From the NCBI RefSeq assembly GCF_009914755.1, contig NC_060947.1: a DNA stretch of 64,000 nt. The stretch is one strand, 5' to 3'. The stretch comes from the human T2T-CHM13v2.0 reference genome, Homo sapiens. Position numbers and translations under genes: made by a program. The stretch's first letter is position 1, and every line of letters begins with the position of its first letter. The notes below the pieces were generated by a model, which worked only from the letters and a program-made list of their open reading frames with translations, made no database searches and had not been told where the DNA came from. Positions 1 through 16,786 of the stretch are shown piece by piece.

Positions 1-295
1 TGTAATCCCAGCACTTTGGGAGGCCGAGGTGGGTGGATCACTTGAGGTCAGGAGTTCAAGACCAGGCTGGCCAACATGGTAAAACCCTGTGTCTCCTAAA
101 TATACAAAAAAAAAAAAAAAAAAAAATTAGCTGGGCATGGTGGCATGCTTGTATTCCCAGCTACTTGGAAGGCTGAGGCACAAGAATTACTTGAACCCGG
201 GAGGCAGAGGTTGCAGTAAGCCAAGATGGTGCCACTGCACTCCATCCTGGGTGACAGAATGAGACTCTGTCTAAAAAAAGAAAAGAAAAGAAAAA
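1..295 (+). mobile_element. Alu (window-truncated at 5' end), expanded middle A-tract
   Basis: tgtaatcccagcactttgggaggccgagg... both arms and A-rich tail. Confidence 0.95.
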
Positions 296-2591
296 CATGC
301 CACCAAAGAAAATCACCTTCAAAAAGGGAAACAAGTAGGAAAGAAGGAAGGGAAAGACCACAAAACAACAGAAAACAAACAACAAAATGGCAGGAGTAAA
401 TCCTTACTTATCAATAACATTGAATGTAAAAGGACTAAATTCTCCAATCCAAAGACATAGGCTGGCTAAATTGATAAAAAAAAAAAAAAAATAAGACCCA
501 ATTATCTGTTGAATACAAGAAACACATTTCACCTATAAAGATACACATAGCCTGAAAATAAAGGTATGGAAAAAGATATTCCATGGCCAATAGAAACCAA
601 AAGAGAGCAGAAGTAGCTATACTTAAATCAGACAAAATAGAATTCAAGACAAAAACTATAAAAAGAGGCAAAGAAGGTCACTATATAATCAAAAAGTGGC
701 CAGTTCAGCAAGAGGATATAACAATTTAAATATATATGTCCCCAACACTGGAGAACCCAGATCTATAAAGCAAATACTATTAGAGCTAAAGAGAGAGACA
801 GGCCCCCAATACAATAATAGCTGGAGACTTCAACACCCCACTTTCAGCATTGGACAGATCTTCCAGACAGAAAATCAACAACAACGAAAAATGGACTTAA
901 TTTCCACTATAGACCAAATGGATCAAATAGATATTTATAAAACATTTCATCGAATGGCTGAAGAATACACATTCTTTTTCTCAGCATATGGGTCATTCTC
1001 AAGGATAGACCATAAGTTAGGTCACAAAACAAGTCTTAAAACACTCAAAAAACTTGAATATCAAGCATTTTCTCTGACCACAATAGAATAAAACTAGAAA
1101 TCAATAACAAGAAGAATGTTGGAAACCATACAAACACATAAAAATTAAACACTAGGCTCCTGAAGGACTGCTGGGTCAATGAACAGATTAAGAAGAAAAT
1201 TCAAAAATGTCTTGAAACAAATGATAATGGAAACACAACATACCAAAATCTATAGGATACAGCAAAAACAGTACCAAAAGGGAGGTTTATAGCTATTAAG
1301 TGCTCACATCCAAAGAAGAAATACTTCAAATGAACAACCTAATAATGCATCTTAAATAACTAGAAAAGCAAGAGCAAACCAAACCCAAAATTAGTAGAAA
1401 AAAAAATAAAAGTCAGAGCAGAAATAAATGAAAAAAATAATACAGGAGATCAATCAAACAAAAAGTTGGTTTTTTGAAAAGTTAAACAAAATAGACAAAA
1501 CTTTAGCCAGACTAAGAAAAAAAGAGAGAAGATTCAAATAAATAAAATCAGAGATGAAAAAGGAGGCATTACAACTGATACCATGGAAATGCAAAGGATC
1601 ATTAGTGGTTACTATGAGCAACTATATGCCAACAAATTGGACAATCTAGGAGAAATGGACAAATTCCTAGACACACATAACCTACCAATGTTGAACTAGG
1701 AAGACATCCAAAACCAATAACAAGTAATGAGATCAAAGCCATAATAAAAAGTCTCCCAGTAAAAAAAGCCCAGGAACCAATGGCTTCACTGCTGTATTCT
1801 ACCAAACATATAGAAGAACTAATATCAATCCTACTCAAACTACTCTGAAAAATAGAGGAGGAGGGAATACTCTCAAACTCATTCTACAAAGCCAGTATTA
1901 CCCTGGTACCAAAACCAGACAAAGACACATCAAAAAAAGAAAACTACAGGTCAATATCTCTGATGAATATTGATGCAAAAATCCTTAACAAAATACTAGC
2001 AAACAGAATTCAACAATACATTAGGCACATCATCCACGATGACCAATTGAGATTTATCCCTGGATGCAAAGATGGTTCAACACATGAGAATCAAACAATG
2101 TGATACATCTTATCAACACAATGAAGGATGAAGGATAAAAACCGTATGATCCTTTCAATTGATGCTGAAAAGCATTTGATAAAATTCAACACCCCTTCAT
2201 CATAAAAACCCTCAAAAAACTGGGGATGGAAGGGACACATCTCAACATAATAAAAGCCTTATACGACAGAACGACAGACCCATGGCTAGTATCATACTGA
2301 ATGGGGAAAAACTGAAAGCCTTCTCTCTAAGATCTGCAACACAACAAGGAAAGCCACTTTCACCACTGTTATTTAACATAGTACTGGAAGTCCTAGCTAG
2401 AGCAATCAGACAAGAGAAAGAAATAAAGGGCATCCAAACTGGAAAGGAAGAAGTCAAATTATCCTTGTTTGCAGATGATATGATCTTATATTTGGAAAAA
2501 ATTAAACATGCTACTAGAAAACTATTAGAACTGATAAGTTCAGTAAAGTTGCAGAATATAAAATCAACATACAAAAATTAGTAGCGTTTCG

Positions 2592-2879
<288 letters not shown>

Positions 2880-4131
2880 CTAAAAGTGAAAGCAAGAAAG
2901 TAATCCCATTTACAATAGTTACAAATAAAATTAAATGCCTAGAGATTAACTTAGGCAAAGAAGTGAAAGTCCTCTACAGTGAAAATTGTAAAACATTGAT
3001 GCCAGAAATTAAAGATGACACAAAAAAGTAAAAAGATATTCCATCATCATGGATTAGAAGAATCAGTATTGCTAAAAATGACCCAAAGCATACTACACAA
3101 AGCAATCTACAGATTCAGTGCAATCCCTATCAAAATACCAATGACATTCTTCACAGAAATAGAAAAACAATCCTAAAATTTATATGGAACTACAAAACAA
3201 TCAGAATAGCCAAAACTATCCTGAGCAAATATAACAAAACTGGAGGAATCATATTACCTGGCTTTAAATTATACTACAAAGCTGTAGTAACCAAAAGAGC
3301 ATGGTACTGGCATAAAAACAGGCACATAGATCAATGGAACAGTATAGAGAACCCAGAAATAAATCCATACATCTACATTGAACTCATTTTTGAGAAACGT
3401 GCCAAGAACATGCATTGGGGAAAGGACAGTATCTTCAATACATGGTACTGGGAAAACTGCATCTCTATATGCAAATGAATGAAACTAGACTCCTCTCTCC
3501 CACCATATACAAAAATCAAATCAAAGTGGATTAAAGACTTAAATCTAAGACCTAAAACTGTGAAACCACTACAAAACAAATTGGAGAAACTCTCCAGGAC
3601 ATTGCATTGGTCAAAGATTTCTTGAGCAATACCTCACAAGCACAGGCAACCAAAGCAAAAAGGGATAAATGGGATCACATCAAGTTAAAACGCTTATACA
3701 CAGCAAAGGAAACAGCCAACAAAGTGAAAAGACACTAAATGGGAGAAAATATTTGCAAATTACCCATCTGACAAGATATTAATAACCAGAATATATAAAA
3801 AGCTCAAACAATTCTAGAGGAGAAAATCTAATAATCTGATTACAAATGGGCAAAAGATATGAATAGAGATTTCGCAAAAGAAAATACACAAATGCAAACA
3901 GGAATATGAAAAAGTGCTCAACATCATTGCTCACTGGAGAAATGTAAAGCAAAAATACAACAAGATATCATCTCACTCCAGTTAAAATGGCTTTTACCCA
4001 AAAAGTCAGGCAATAACAAATGCTGGCAAGGATGTGGTGAAAAGAGTACCCTCATACACTGTTTTGGGGAATGAAAATTAGTGCAACCACTATGGAGAAC
4101 AGTTTTGAGGTTCCTAAAAACACTAAAAATA

Positions 4132-4299
4132 AGCCAGCCATGGTGACTTATGCCTACAATCCCAGCACACTGGGAAGCTAAGGCAGGAGGATTGCTTGAG
4201 CCCAGGAGTTTCAGGCTGCAGTGAGCTATTATTATGGCACTTCTCTCCAGCCTCGGTGACAGAAAAAGACCTTATTTAAAAAAAAAAAAAAAAAAAAAA
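4132..4299 (+). mobile_element. Alu monomer (FAM/FRAM-like)
   Basis: single arm ...gaggattgcttgagcccaggagtt..ggctgcagtgagct... plus poly(A); ctaaaaata on both flanks. Confidence 0.85.
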
Positions 4300-5115
4300 G
4301 AACTAAATGCTAAAAATAGAGCTACCATATGTTCCAGAAATCCCACTCCTAGGTATATATACCCATAAGAAAGGAAATCAGTATATCAAAGAGATATCTG
4401 AACTCCCATGTTTATTGTAGCACTATTCACAATAGCCAAAATTTGGAAGCAACCTAGGTGTCCATCAACAGATAAATGGATAAAGAAAATGGGGTACATA
4501 AACACAATGGAATACTATTCAGCCATAAAAAAGATGAAATCCTGTCATTTGCAACAACATGGATGGAACTGGAGATCATTATGTTAAGTGAAATAAGCCA
4601 GGCACAGAAAGACAAACTTCACATGATCTCACTTATTTGTGGAAGCTAAAAATTAAAACAATTGAACTCATGGAGATAGAGAGTAGAAGGATAGTTACCA
4701 AAAGGTGGGAAGGGGAGTAGAGGAGTGTGGGGGGAAAGTGGGAATGGTAGTGGGTACTTAAAAACATAGAAATAATGCATAACGCATAAGACCTTGTATT
4801 TGCCATCACAACAAGACGACTATAGTCAAAAATAATTTAACTGTGCATTTTAAAATAACTAAAAGAGTATAACTGGATTGTTTGTAACACAAAGGATAAA
4901 TGCCTGAGGTGAGGGATACCCCATTTACCTTGATGTAATTATTATGCATTGCATGCCTATATCAATACAGCTCACATAATGCATAAATATATATACCCAC
5001 TATGTACCCACAAAATTTTTTTAAATAAAGGATATTACAAAGCATTAAAAAATTAAATAAACACAGGGGTACAGATGTCTCTTAGATATAAAAAAAAGTC
5101 TAGAAAGAATTCGTC

Positions 5116-5953
5116 ATTCTAGAGGCCATTAAGAACATTTGTGATTCATGGGAGGAGGCCAAAATATCAACAAGAGTTTGGAAGAAGTTAATTCCAATCC
5201 TCATGGGTGACTTTGAGAGGAATTCAAGACTTCAGTGGAGGAAGAAACTGCAGATGTGAGAGAACTAGCAAGAGAACTAGAAGTGGAGCCTGAAGATGTG
5301 ACTGAATTGCTGCAATCTCATGATCAGCCTTGAATGTGTGAGACGCTACTTCTCATGGATGAAAAAAAAGTGGTTCCTTGAGATGAAATATATTCCTGCT
5401 GAAGATGCTGTGAACATTGTTGAAATGACAACAAAGACTTAGAATATCACATAAACTTAGTTGATAAAGCAGTGACAAGGTTTGAGAGAATTGACTCCAA
5501 TTCTGAAAGAAGCTCTGTGGGTAAAATGCTATCAAATAGCATCACATGCTACAGAGAAATCTTTCATGAAAGGAAGTCAATCAATGCATCAAACTTCATT
5601 GTTGTCTTATTTTAAGAAATTGCCACAGATACGCCAATCTTCAACTACCACCCTGATCGGTCAGCAGCCATCCATATCAAGGCAAGACTCTCCACCAGTT
5701 AAAAGATTACAACTCACTGAAGGCTCAGATGATGATTAGCATTTTTTAGCAATAAAGCATTTTTCAATTAAGATATGTACATTGTTCTTTTTAGACATAA
5801 TGCTGTTGCATACTCAATAGACTACAGTATCGTGTAAACATAATTTTTATATGCACTCGGAAACCAAAAATTTGCGTGACTCACTTTATTTGTGTGACTC
5901 ACTTTATTGTAGTGGTCTGGAATCAAACGTGTGATATCTCTGCGGTAGGCTTG
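5116..5953 (+). mobile_element. Tigger1 DNA transposon, 3' part
   Basis: gccattaagaacatttgtgattcatgggaggagg..., gaaggctcagatgat, terminal ...gatatctctgcggtaggcttg. Confidence 0.9.
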
Positions 5954-6509
5954 TGTATAGCAGAGCTTGACATTTTTATTATTGCACTAAGTCTGATTAA
6001 CAGCAGCAAAACTAGAAGCAGCAGGGGGCCTGTATGTAGCATTCTCTCATGCAGCAGTTTTTGCAAATTGAATCCACCAAATGTTAGCCACAGTATAGAT
6101 AGAAGGAATTTTACTATTATATCCGTGTTTGAACCCTGATTTCTAATATCAGTTTGAGTATATCATTCTGTTTCTAGAAAAACAGAATTTGCACCCTTGT
6201 TTTTAGCGGAGGAATAATTTTCAGAATATAAAAGACAATGATTAGGCAGATTCTGAAGAAAATAATTTTAAACACATGTTCAAAATACTTGCAGGTATTA
6301 AAAATAGCAAAGCTTGCTCAAAATGAAGTGAAATAAGCTTATGAAAGACATAAGGTTTTAACAAAGCAGTCCATGACAATCATTTCAAATGCTTGAGAGT
6401 CTTTCTCAGTAATTTCTGACTTCAGAGTCATCCGTGTTCAATGCTAGAGCTAGACCTGTTAAGTATGATTATCACTATACATGTTTTAAATTTTTTAAAT
6501 GTTCTCTCT

Positions 6510-8112
<1,603 letters not shown>

Positions 8113-8149
8113 GTAAACTAACCCCCTGTTGAGCAATTGGGTTTTTGCT

Positions 8150-9240
8150 TTCTTAAAACCCTCTTTCTTTGGATTCTGGGACTTCACCTTCTCCTCAATC
8201 TTTTACTACATTTATAAGGAACTTCTTAGTCAAGCTTCTAGTGATTCTTAACTGGGCTTAGGACACGCCCCCCTCCCTCCTCATCCTGGTGGAAAGCATC
8301 AGCAATCAGCAACATGAGATCAGAGTGTTGCACAAAAGAAAAGCATGGAGACAGAAAAACAGATTGGGGAGTATGCCCTGCGCTCAGCCCCTCAAACATC
8401 CCATCTACTCCTCTAGTTTTAACTATTCTCTGATTTCCAAACACATGTCTCTACTCCAGACTTACTTAGCAGTTATCCAAGGTTATATAGCAGTCTAGTT
8501 ATCTGTTAGGGGTGCTACAACCTCAAAATAGCAAAAACATAAAATCATTCTCTCTTCCCATCCATCTTCCCAACATATTCTCTTTTATATCTTCTATATT
8601 TTAGTAATAATTTCTCAGATATTGTCTTGCCAATTCTACTTCCTAATTATCTCTTGAATCTGCCGCTTTCTCTTCATTCTCACTTAGTTTAAGCAATTTT
8701 TAGCTCTTGTGTGGGTTCTTTGCATAGCTCCTAGTTGCTTTCTCTACCTCCAGCCTCATATAAACACAACTCCACCCCTCTCTTCCAGTGCATCTCTTAC
8801 ATCATTCCTGAAAAGTTCTTTCCAAAATGCAAATTTGATAATATCTCTTTCCTAGGTAAAATTATCTAGAAGCTTATGATTCCCTACAGGATAAAAATCA
8901 AACCAACTTCCTTAGCAGAAGGTATAAGACCTTTTATAATTTGGAGCCTAACTACCCACCATCTCTCATCTTCTATTCCAACTTCAAAACCCTACTCAGA
9001 TGTCAACTTCTCTATGAAGGTCTTCTAACCAATCTCTCTCCCCCAAAATTAGGTTAGGCCCTCCTTTCTCTATAGCATGTACCTAATACTTTTATCATTG
9101 CTAAAATAAATTATAATTTATTTGTGTATACATGCTACTCATCTAAGAAGATGAGCTCCATGAGAAAACAGATTATCTATTTTTCCTCTTGACACACTTA
9201 GCACTTGTTTTCAATCCCAGATGATGGATGGATGGATGAT
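8150..9240 (+). mobile_element. Degenerate L2 3' region
   Basis: pyrimidine-rich L2-like motifs (aaaatgcaaatttgat, tcagatgtcaacttctctatgaag) ending in (gatg)n. Confidence 0.6.
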
Positions 9241-10296
9241 TAAAGTACAGAAGAAATCAATTAGTGAGCCAGTATGATAGTTTATTTTTCTAAACATTCC
9301 AACTGGATTTCCTAATAGTCCCAAATTAAAAAGTTCTTGCTAGCCACGATCATTTGAGTAACTGAAACAGCTATACTGGCATCTATTCTGACAATAACTT
9401 TAAAAGAAAAATAAAACCTTGTTATATATATGCAGCTTTGGGTAATAACCTTGAAAACATGCCATGAAATTTCCCCCATTTAAAAAAATCCCAATGATGA
9501 GCTCTCTGCCATAGTAATAAAATTCTGGTAAACACCGTGACCATTTATTTAGGAAAATGAGTTTGCAGCCTCAAGGGTTACATTCAAATGGAGAAGGAAT
9601 CAATGCAGCCAAGAAGAAAATCCCTGCCACACTTAAGAGGACTAAAAACTTTATCACTCTGGAATATTCCAGGTCAAATTCAAGATGTACCATTTTTTGA
9701 CATTTTAATAGGTGCAAATTAAGTAGGGTTATGGGCACATTTCACATAAAGTGAGATTTCCTACAATCAGACCACAATAAAACTCTTTTTCTCTAGTAAA
9801 AACTTAGATTTAAGAACCTTTATACTCCCATATACATGCACAATATTAAATGGACTCAGATGAGAGAACAGCAAAGCTAATCTGTGCAGATAAAAGAATG
9901 AGTCAAAGAAAGACAATAACTACTGTTGTTTTTCAAAGTAAGTTAAGTTTATTATTTCTGTTGTCTGTCATCATCAATTGCAATGAGGATATAGACCAGC
10001 AGTCTGGGAAATATTCTCTAATGAGCCAGAAGCCCCTGCTTGGCTATATCTAACTTGGACTCTGACCCACACTGACAAGAGAAACAAAATTTGCCTGAAT
10101 ATTTCAAACACCACAAAGATAATGAAAAACCTAAGCCAAATTTCAGTCATTGCCCCAACAGAGTTGATAATGTCATGCAGTGCTGACATGTTCTTGGAAT
10201 TGTAAAGCAATAAAATTATTTGTCAAAATTGAGCCTTTTCTACATGTCTCAAATTGTGTCTTTTACATTTTTTTCCATAATTTCCTGGCTTCTTTG

Positions 10297-10515
10297 ACAG
10301 CTTTAAATTGTACATAATTTTCATGTACGGTACGTTTTGAAACACATGGATGTATACACTGTGAAATGGCTAGATCAATGTAATTAACACGTATTACAGG
10401 AGGAATAAGTTCAAGAGAACTTGTACAACATGTTAATTATAGTTAATGATAATGTATTATTTTCTTGGAAATTGTTAATAGATTTTAAATGTTCTCACCA
10501 CAAAAGTGCTAAGTA
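10297..10515 (-). mobile_element. Short L1MA 3' end with an inverted 5' segment
   Basis: 10297-10397 is the antisense L1MA terminus; 10398-10515 is the adjacent upstream L1 sequence in sense orientation. Confidence 0.65.
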
Positions 10516-10599
10516 TATCACATTGTGTTATTTTATGTCTTCCTACAGCTCAAGCAAATTTTACCTTTTTATATTTCTGAAGTCATTGGTAACCAAGTG

Positions 10600-11101
10600 C
10601 TTCAGTCAGCATCCCAACAGGTTGGCATACTCAAATTAGGTTAACTTGAGGAGAATTTATTTTAAAAAAGGAACTCTTTTAAGGAGTATGGGCAAAATGC
10701 CAAGGAACTAGAAGTATCACAGAGCTAATAATATAGGAGCAGTTACTAAACCCTAGGCCCAAAGGAAAAAGGGAAAGGAGTAGTTTCCAGAACCTAAAAG
10801 GAGAGAATAGTATGCAAGTGGACACCTTGAAAAGGTTACTGAACTTCAGTAAACGTTCTCAGACAGCCCAAGGTGACCTTACAGGGAGGGAGCCAAGGGA
10901 TAAATAATTGATCTCACTCTCCTCTCTCTCTCTATCTCTCTCTCACCTATCACTGGGGCCCCCATGAGCAAAACCAACCTGGAAGCCAGAGAAAATAAGA
11001 GCTCCTTGATGAAGTTCATACAGATTAGCATCCCAGGCCAGAGAACAAGGTGAAGACAAGAGGAGAATGGCTCTGAAGGGACAAATTAAAGCTATCCAAC
11101 A
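10600..11101 (-). mobile_element. LTR33-like ERVL LTR
   Basis: reverse complement of the right end reads tgttggatagctttaatttgtcccttcagagccattctcc, like the LTR33 5' end. Confidence 0.65.
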
Positions 11102-11321
11102 CTCCATGTTTTATGGAGCAAGTTTCTTCTCCCATCCATCATCTACATCTATTTAGTGACTACTGCATGCAATATACAGTAAATTATAAGAACATGGTGA
11201 AGATGTGGGAAAAGGAAGTTGAAGATAGAGAGAGAGTCACAGAAAAATCTCCTACAGGAAATTAAAATTAAAACATGTTTCTAACCATGGCAAAACTCAA
11301 TTACCATATCTACAAGTAAAA

Positions 11322-11486
11322 ATCTACCCAAAGGGCTGTCTGTGGATCAGTAGCATCAGCATCATCTGGGAACTTGTGAGAAATGCATAATCTCAGGCTC
11401 CACCCCAGACCCACTGACTCAGAATCTTATTTTTAATCAAATCCCCAGGTGCCTATTATGCACATTAAAGTTTAAGAAGCACTGCT
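11322..11486. mobile_element. MER5A (hAT-Charlie MITE)
   Basis: cagcatcatctgggaacttgtgagaaatgca..ctcaggctccaccccagacc..aaagtttaagaagcactg. Confidence 0.85.
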
Positions 11487-12038
11487 GTAAAGACTCCCTA
11501 AATTTACTCAGGGTAATACTAAAAGTTTGGAGTAATTAAAGCTAGTGGGATTTAACATGGGAAAGTTCAAGAAGGTGTTATATTTTAGAAGTTTATTAGA
11601 ATAGCATTTTACTGAAAACATCATGTTTTTACATTTAATCGTAAAGTCAAATGGCAAATATACTTAATTAGTAACTGGATATATAATATTCATGAAATAA
11701 TATTATCAAAACTGATAGTAAATATTGTTCCATTAATACAAAGTTCTTTGGGGATAAAAAAAAATTCTTATGCTACATAAATTCTCTAAGTTCTCTAAAG
11801 AAAGGAAAAATCCAGGCTATTTAAATTGGAAAGCTGCTGCTTCAGTTTTGTGCTTTGCTGTCATTCTCGACTTAATACTATTTTCCTTTCTATTTCAGGA
11901 TCAACTCTGACACTTCATGGGTGTTCAGTAAACACTTTTTGATCGATTGAAGCCCAACTGTTTTAAAATTGTATGCTAAACTATAATAATAGATCAGCAC
12001 CAAAATCTAGTTGCAGACTGTCTTCTCTACCTAAAGAA

Positions 12039-12053
12039 CAGCACCATCTAGTG
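12039..12053 (-). promoter_or_regulatory. Possible CTCF motif
   Basis: minus strand reads cactagatggtgctg, close to the CCACTAGATGGCGC form of the CTCF core; motif match only. Confidence 0.3.
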
Positions 12054-12236
12054 TTTGCCCAACAATGTTCCATCTTCTATCAAGTGTATCTTTACTAAGC
12101 CATATGAGAAAATTCTAATGTTAAAGTTAATCCACTGTGTCATACCGTTCTACCTTACTACATATCTAACAAAGTCTTAGAATAATTTAAGTTTGCTTTT
12201 GCCATGCATCAGTTCTAGCTTTAAAATAGCAGCAGC

Positions 12237-12604
<368 letters not shown>

Positions 12605-12619
12605 TTACCTCAACATCTC

Positions 12620-13043
12620 AGTAGCCCAGCCCACATCTTCTTACTTCAATCCTTATCAACTCAGTGCATACCATCTGATTTCCCACTTCAAGAACCTATC
12701 GGCCATGCCTGAGGACTTTTTCAGGCCACCAAAAACCACCTTGCTGCTCACACTGCAGGCCAGACCTAGATTAACCCTGCCCTCAGAAGCCCCCAGCCAA
12801 GACTAATGAGAGATGATGCATAAACATCCCAGCTTCCTATCCCCTCAGGAGACAGGCTCTGTTTCCTAGAGTTTTCTCATAAGACGAAGTGCCAATCACT
12901 CACAACGGTGACTCTTTTGGCTGCCTTCTCTTCCCAGTCTCACTTTCCTACTCCCCTAGCAATGTTTCCCTCACCTCCAGATAAACTACTTGCACTGCAT
13001 TCTTACGCTGCAGTCTGCTTCTGGGAAAACCCAAATTAAGACA
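12620..13043 (+). mobile_element. LTR16-family ERVL LTR
   Basis: 3' end ...cacctccagataaactacttgcact...ctgcttctgggaaaacccaaattaagaca; start approximate. Confidence 0.7.
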
Positions 13044-13194
13044 TTCTTACTGCACCATATCCCATCGAAAGCCATTGGCTAAGAAGACAAGTAGAGAAGA
13101 AGTGTTCCATGCCTGGTTCATCATTTGCTACCCTCCCACCACCCCACCCAGTTCACCAACCTAATATATAATCACGGCATCACAGGAATATTAC

Positions 13195-13285
13195 ATAACA
13201 GCAGAGACTTTGCTTTATTCACTGCTGTATTACAACACCTAGAACAATGCCCACAAATAGTAATTGCTCAATAAATATTTGCTGA
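13195..13285 (+). mobile_element. L2 3' terminus
   Basis: ttcactgctgtat..cacctagaacaatgcc..gctcaataaatatttgctga. Confidence 0.7.
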
Positions 13286-14648
13286 CTACAAGTTAATGCT
13301 GGACATAAATATATCTCTGAGCTTTGAAAGAAGAAAGTCACCAATGGTGACCAAGATTTTATGTACAAATATTAATTTATTCTCTTTTAATTTCCAATAT
13401 TTTCTAATATGAAAACTTTTTTAGCAAAACTCAGATCTACGGATCCATACCTGATGCGCCAAGCCAGTCAGAATACCTGTCACTGGAATAAAAGTACATT
13501 ACAAATCTAAGCATTTGTGAGTATATGAAAATTAAGATAGTTATTTTCGGGGCTCATGTTTTGCCAAATTAACATTTTAATAGATACTAATATTAGAAAG
13601 GAGCTACTATGAAAATTTTAATTTATGCCTAAAGCTACATGTGTTTTTCTAATTCCTTTTCCTTCTTTTCTCTACAAAATAAAACATGGTTTTCAATGGA
13701 TTATGTCATCAAATTCAACGTGAACTTTAGATTTTTTTTAATATTGGTCACAATGACACATTAAAGTGTTCTAGCACATGAGATGTTTCCCTAATCAAAG
13801 GATATTGTAAGATTAATAGAGAAAAATGACTCAACTCTGAAAGTTTACACCAGGACAGGTTGAACAGATAGAGGATGCATTTTCTTTTACTCAGGACAGC
13901 TGTAAGGAATGCTAGATTCCAGTGACCACTCATCAGGGAAAGTGAGGTAAACAAGGATTAGGTAGTGCCTAGGAGATTTGGGCTCTCAAGGTGTGATCTA
14001 TAGCCCAATTGTCACAGTCCAAAAAGTCCTCTACCCACATAGATACCAATAATCAAGGATTTGTACATGATGGGTAGAGTCTGACACATAGCATCTTCTT
14101 GGCTCAGGAGCGGGGTTGTAAGCCTGGGTCTAAGCATAACAGAGGACAGACATATGGCTACAGGGCAAGGGAAGATTGGCAAGGGTGGGCTCTAGGCAGA
14201 TTCTTAGGACCTTAACTAAGCAGCCTAGCATGCAGAATAGGGCGGCTCAGCCCCTAAGAAGACTTTTTATGCAAACCAGGAATTAGAACAGGCCATCCTT
14301 GTTGAAGGCTGGGACACATGGCTCAGTGGGTGCTCTTAATCTGGTTCCAGGAAGACCTGAAACCAGGAAGAAACATATATTAATTCCAAATGCCCTCTGA
14401 TGGGGATGAGAATCAGGTTTGGAACTCATGTTTACAGTAACTGAGACGAGCTAGGTCTAAAGGTTAAAAGCCATCACATTCTCCAGCTGGACAGAGACAA
14501 AAGGGCATTAGGAAATAGGTAGAAGGTGGCAAATTGCCTTTCTCCAGCTACTTTCCCCTAGATAAATCCTATAAAGACCTATATTTCTTTAAAACAAGGA
14601 TTTAGCAAAGGGAATGGATTTAGGGTGAGAGATGAGTTTGATTGTTAT

Positions 14649-15186
14649 TGTTGCAGGAATCAGAGGACCAGAGAGACCAATGGATAGAACAGGAGGATTT
14701 TATTTAAGTGGCCACTGGCCCAGTGGATTCACATCCAAAGGCTAGGCCCTGAACAAAGACAGGGCTTTACTTTTATACACACTCTTGAAAGGGAGTTGGC
14801 TAGTTTGAATGGCATGGTGGGAAGCCAATGGCGTGAAACTCGTGGTGCAAGCAAGCAGGCTTACAGAAGCAGAACAAAGGCAGTTATTCAAACAGTGACA
14901 GGTTTCGTTTCCCTAGCATAGCCTGTGACCTTGCAGCTGCGTCAAATGAAAAACAGAAACTTACAAAACTTGGGAAATTGAGTAATGGTAAGCGGGATGC
15001 AGAGATAGTAAAGGAATTTGTCTTTCCTAACCTTGCTCTGAGGGGGTGTCTGGGGCCCATTCCTTTCGGCTTTGGCTTTTCAGATAGTGTTATCAAAGCT
15101 TTGCCAGGGCTCTATCTATTACTGTCCTTGGAGTGAGTTAGCTAAGTACAGGAAAACTTGTTTGTCTCTTTTTAACTCCTGCTTCA
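14649..15186 (-). mobile_element. Solo ERV LTR (538 bp, subfamily not assigned)
   Basis: TG...CA termini; 4-bp TSD ttat on both sides; antisense AATAAA (~14700) and TATA-like element (~14772). Confidence 0.75.
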
Positions 15187-16209
15187 TTATCTTCATGAGG
15201 CCTGTTAAATTATTTGAGGATAAAGCACCTTCAGAGCCCACTGAGTTTCAGAGCTATGCTCCAGAACACAGAAGAATCTGTTACTCATATCTACTCACCC
15301 ATCTGAACCTGATGGTGAACCTTTCTTCAGCTTTGTCCTGGGCTAGGAAATTTTACATTTTAATTTTAAAAAAGAATAGTACACCTTCCAAATTGCTACA
15401 TATGCCCTGAACTGAATACAAATCAAAGGCTCATGCTGCATCTGGAAAACACACATTAATAGGAATGTTCATTTGTTTGGATTATTTCCTTCCACGTGAT
15501 CTGAATGGGCCCCAAGCATTCCAGGATCACATCAGTCACAACTAAGGACTGTTCAAGGGCTATTCCTTCCAGTTTCATATAATGAAACCAGGTTCAAGGT
15601 CAACTTCAGGCAAGAATATACATGAGGCATCTTCTATGTAAAAGATATACACATCTCACCTTACCACGATCCATTTGCCCCTTTCTATCCCAACCAAGAA
15701 AGTCTGAGCTGGAGTTTTTCAAGTTAAAATGTCTTACTCTGACTTGGTTATTTTACTTTGGGTAAAAAAAGAGACACATTAAGAGCACATTTTAGAATGG
15801 CAGTGATAGAATTTTTTTACATTTTCTTAACGCATTTACGCTTTATTCTCTGAGTGCTAATAACTAAGGCATGATAATTTCCATTTGATTCCGCTTATTA
15901 TTTCTCCTGAGTAAACAAGGTAGAAAATGGTAAGGCTAACCATTTTGGTCTATTCAAAATAAGACCAGGATCTCAGCCTAAGTTAGATTCTTATTAAAAC
16001 TCAAACTCTGAACAGAAGAAAAGTTTAAAGGTTGAACAAGGTACGTCTCAAACCATGTCTCCCATCTTCAGCTTAGTCCACTGATATATCTAATGATCCA
16101 GACACAGAACCAAAGGAAATGCAGTCTACTCATTTGGGACAAGGGGAGTCAATTGGATACTACTATGGTCCAGGAGACTGAACTTGTTAAGGCAACTGTT
16201 ATCAAGTAC

Positions 16210-16786
16210 AGCAGTCCAAGACCTTCCAAGACCTCCAGTGGATGCCTGAAGTCTTTGATAGTACTGAACCCTGTATATACTATGCACGAATTTCTTTCCT
16301 CTTCACAATTTCATGGACGATTCATTCTTACCATGGATCTCAGTAACCTCAGCATATAATTTTTTTTGTTTCTTCATTAAGTTGAAAGCTTTCACCTTTT
16401 CACTTAAAGGAACTACTTTTTGGCTTCTCTTTGGCATATCCAAATTGCCAACATTACTACTTTTGCTCTCTGGGGCCATTATTAAGTAAAATAAAGGTTA
16501 CTTGAACATAAGACCTGTGATACCTGACACTCCAACTGATAACCCATATGGCTAATGGGCAGGTAGCATACAAAACACAGATACACTGGACAAAGGGATG
16601 ATTCATGTCCTGGGTGGGATGAAGTGGTACAACATGAGATTTCATCATGCTTCTCAGAATGGCATGCAATTCAAAATTTACAAATTGTTTATTTCTGGAA
16701 TTTTCCATTTAATATTTTCAGACCGTGGTTGACCATGGGTAACTGAAACTGTGGAAAGCAAATCTGTAGATAACGGGGAATGATTG
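16210..16786 (-). mobile_element. MER44 (Tigger7-derived) DNA element
   Basis: ...ctggaattttccatttaatattttcagaccgtggttgaccatgggtaactgaaac...; TA flanks. Confidence 0.82.

Noticed and set aside
13750-14640. Possible additional LTR
   Set aside because: LTR-like composition, but I could not define termini or a family.
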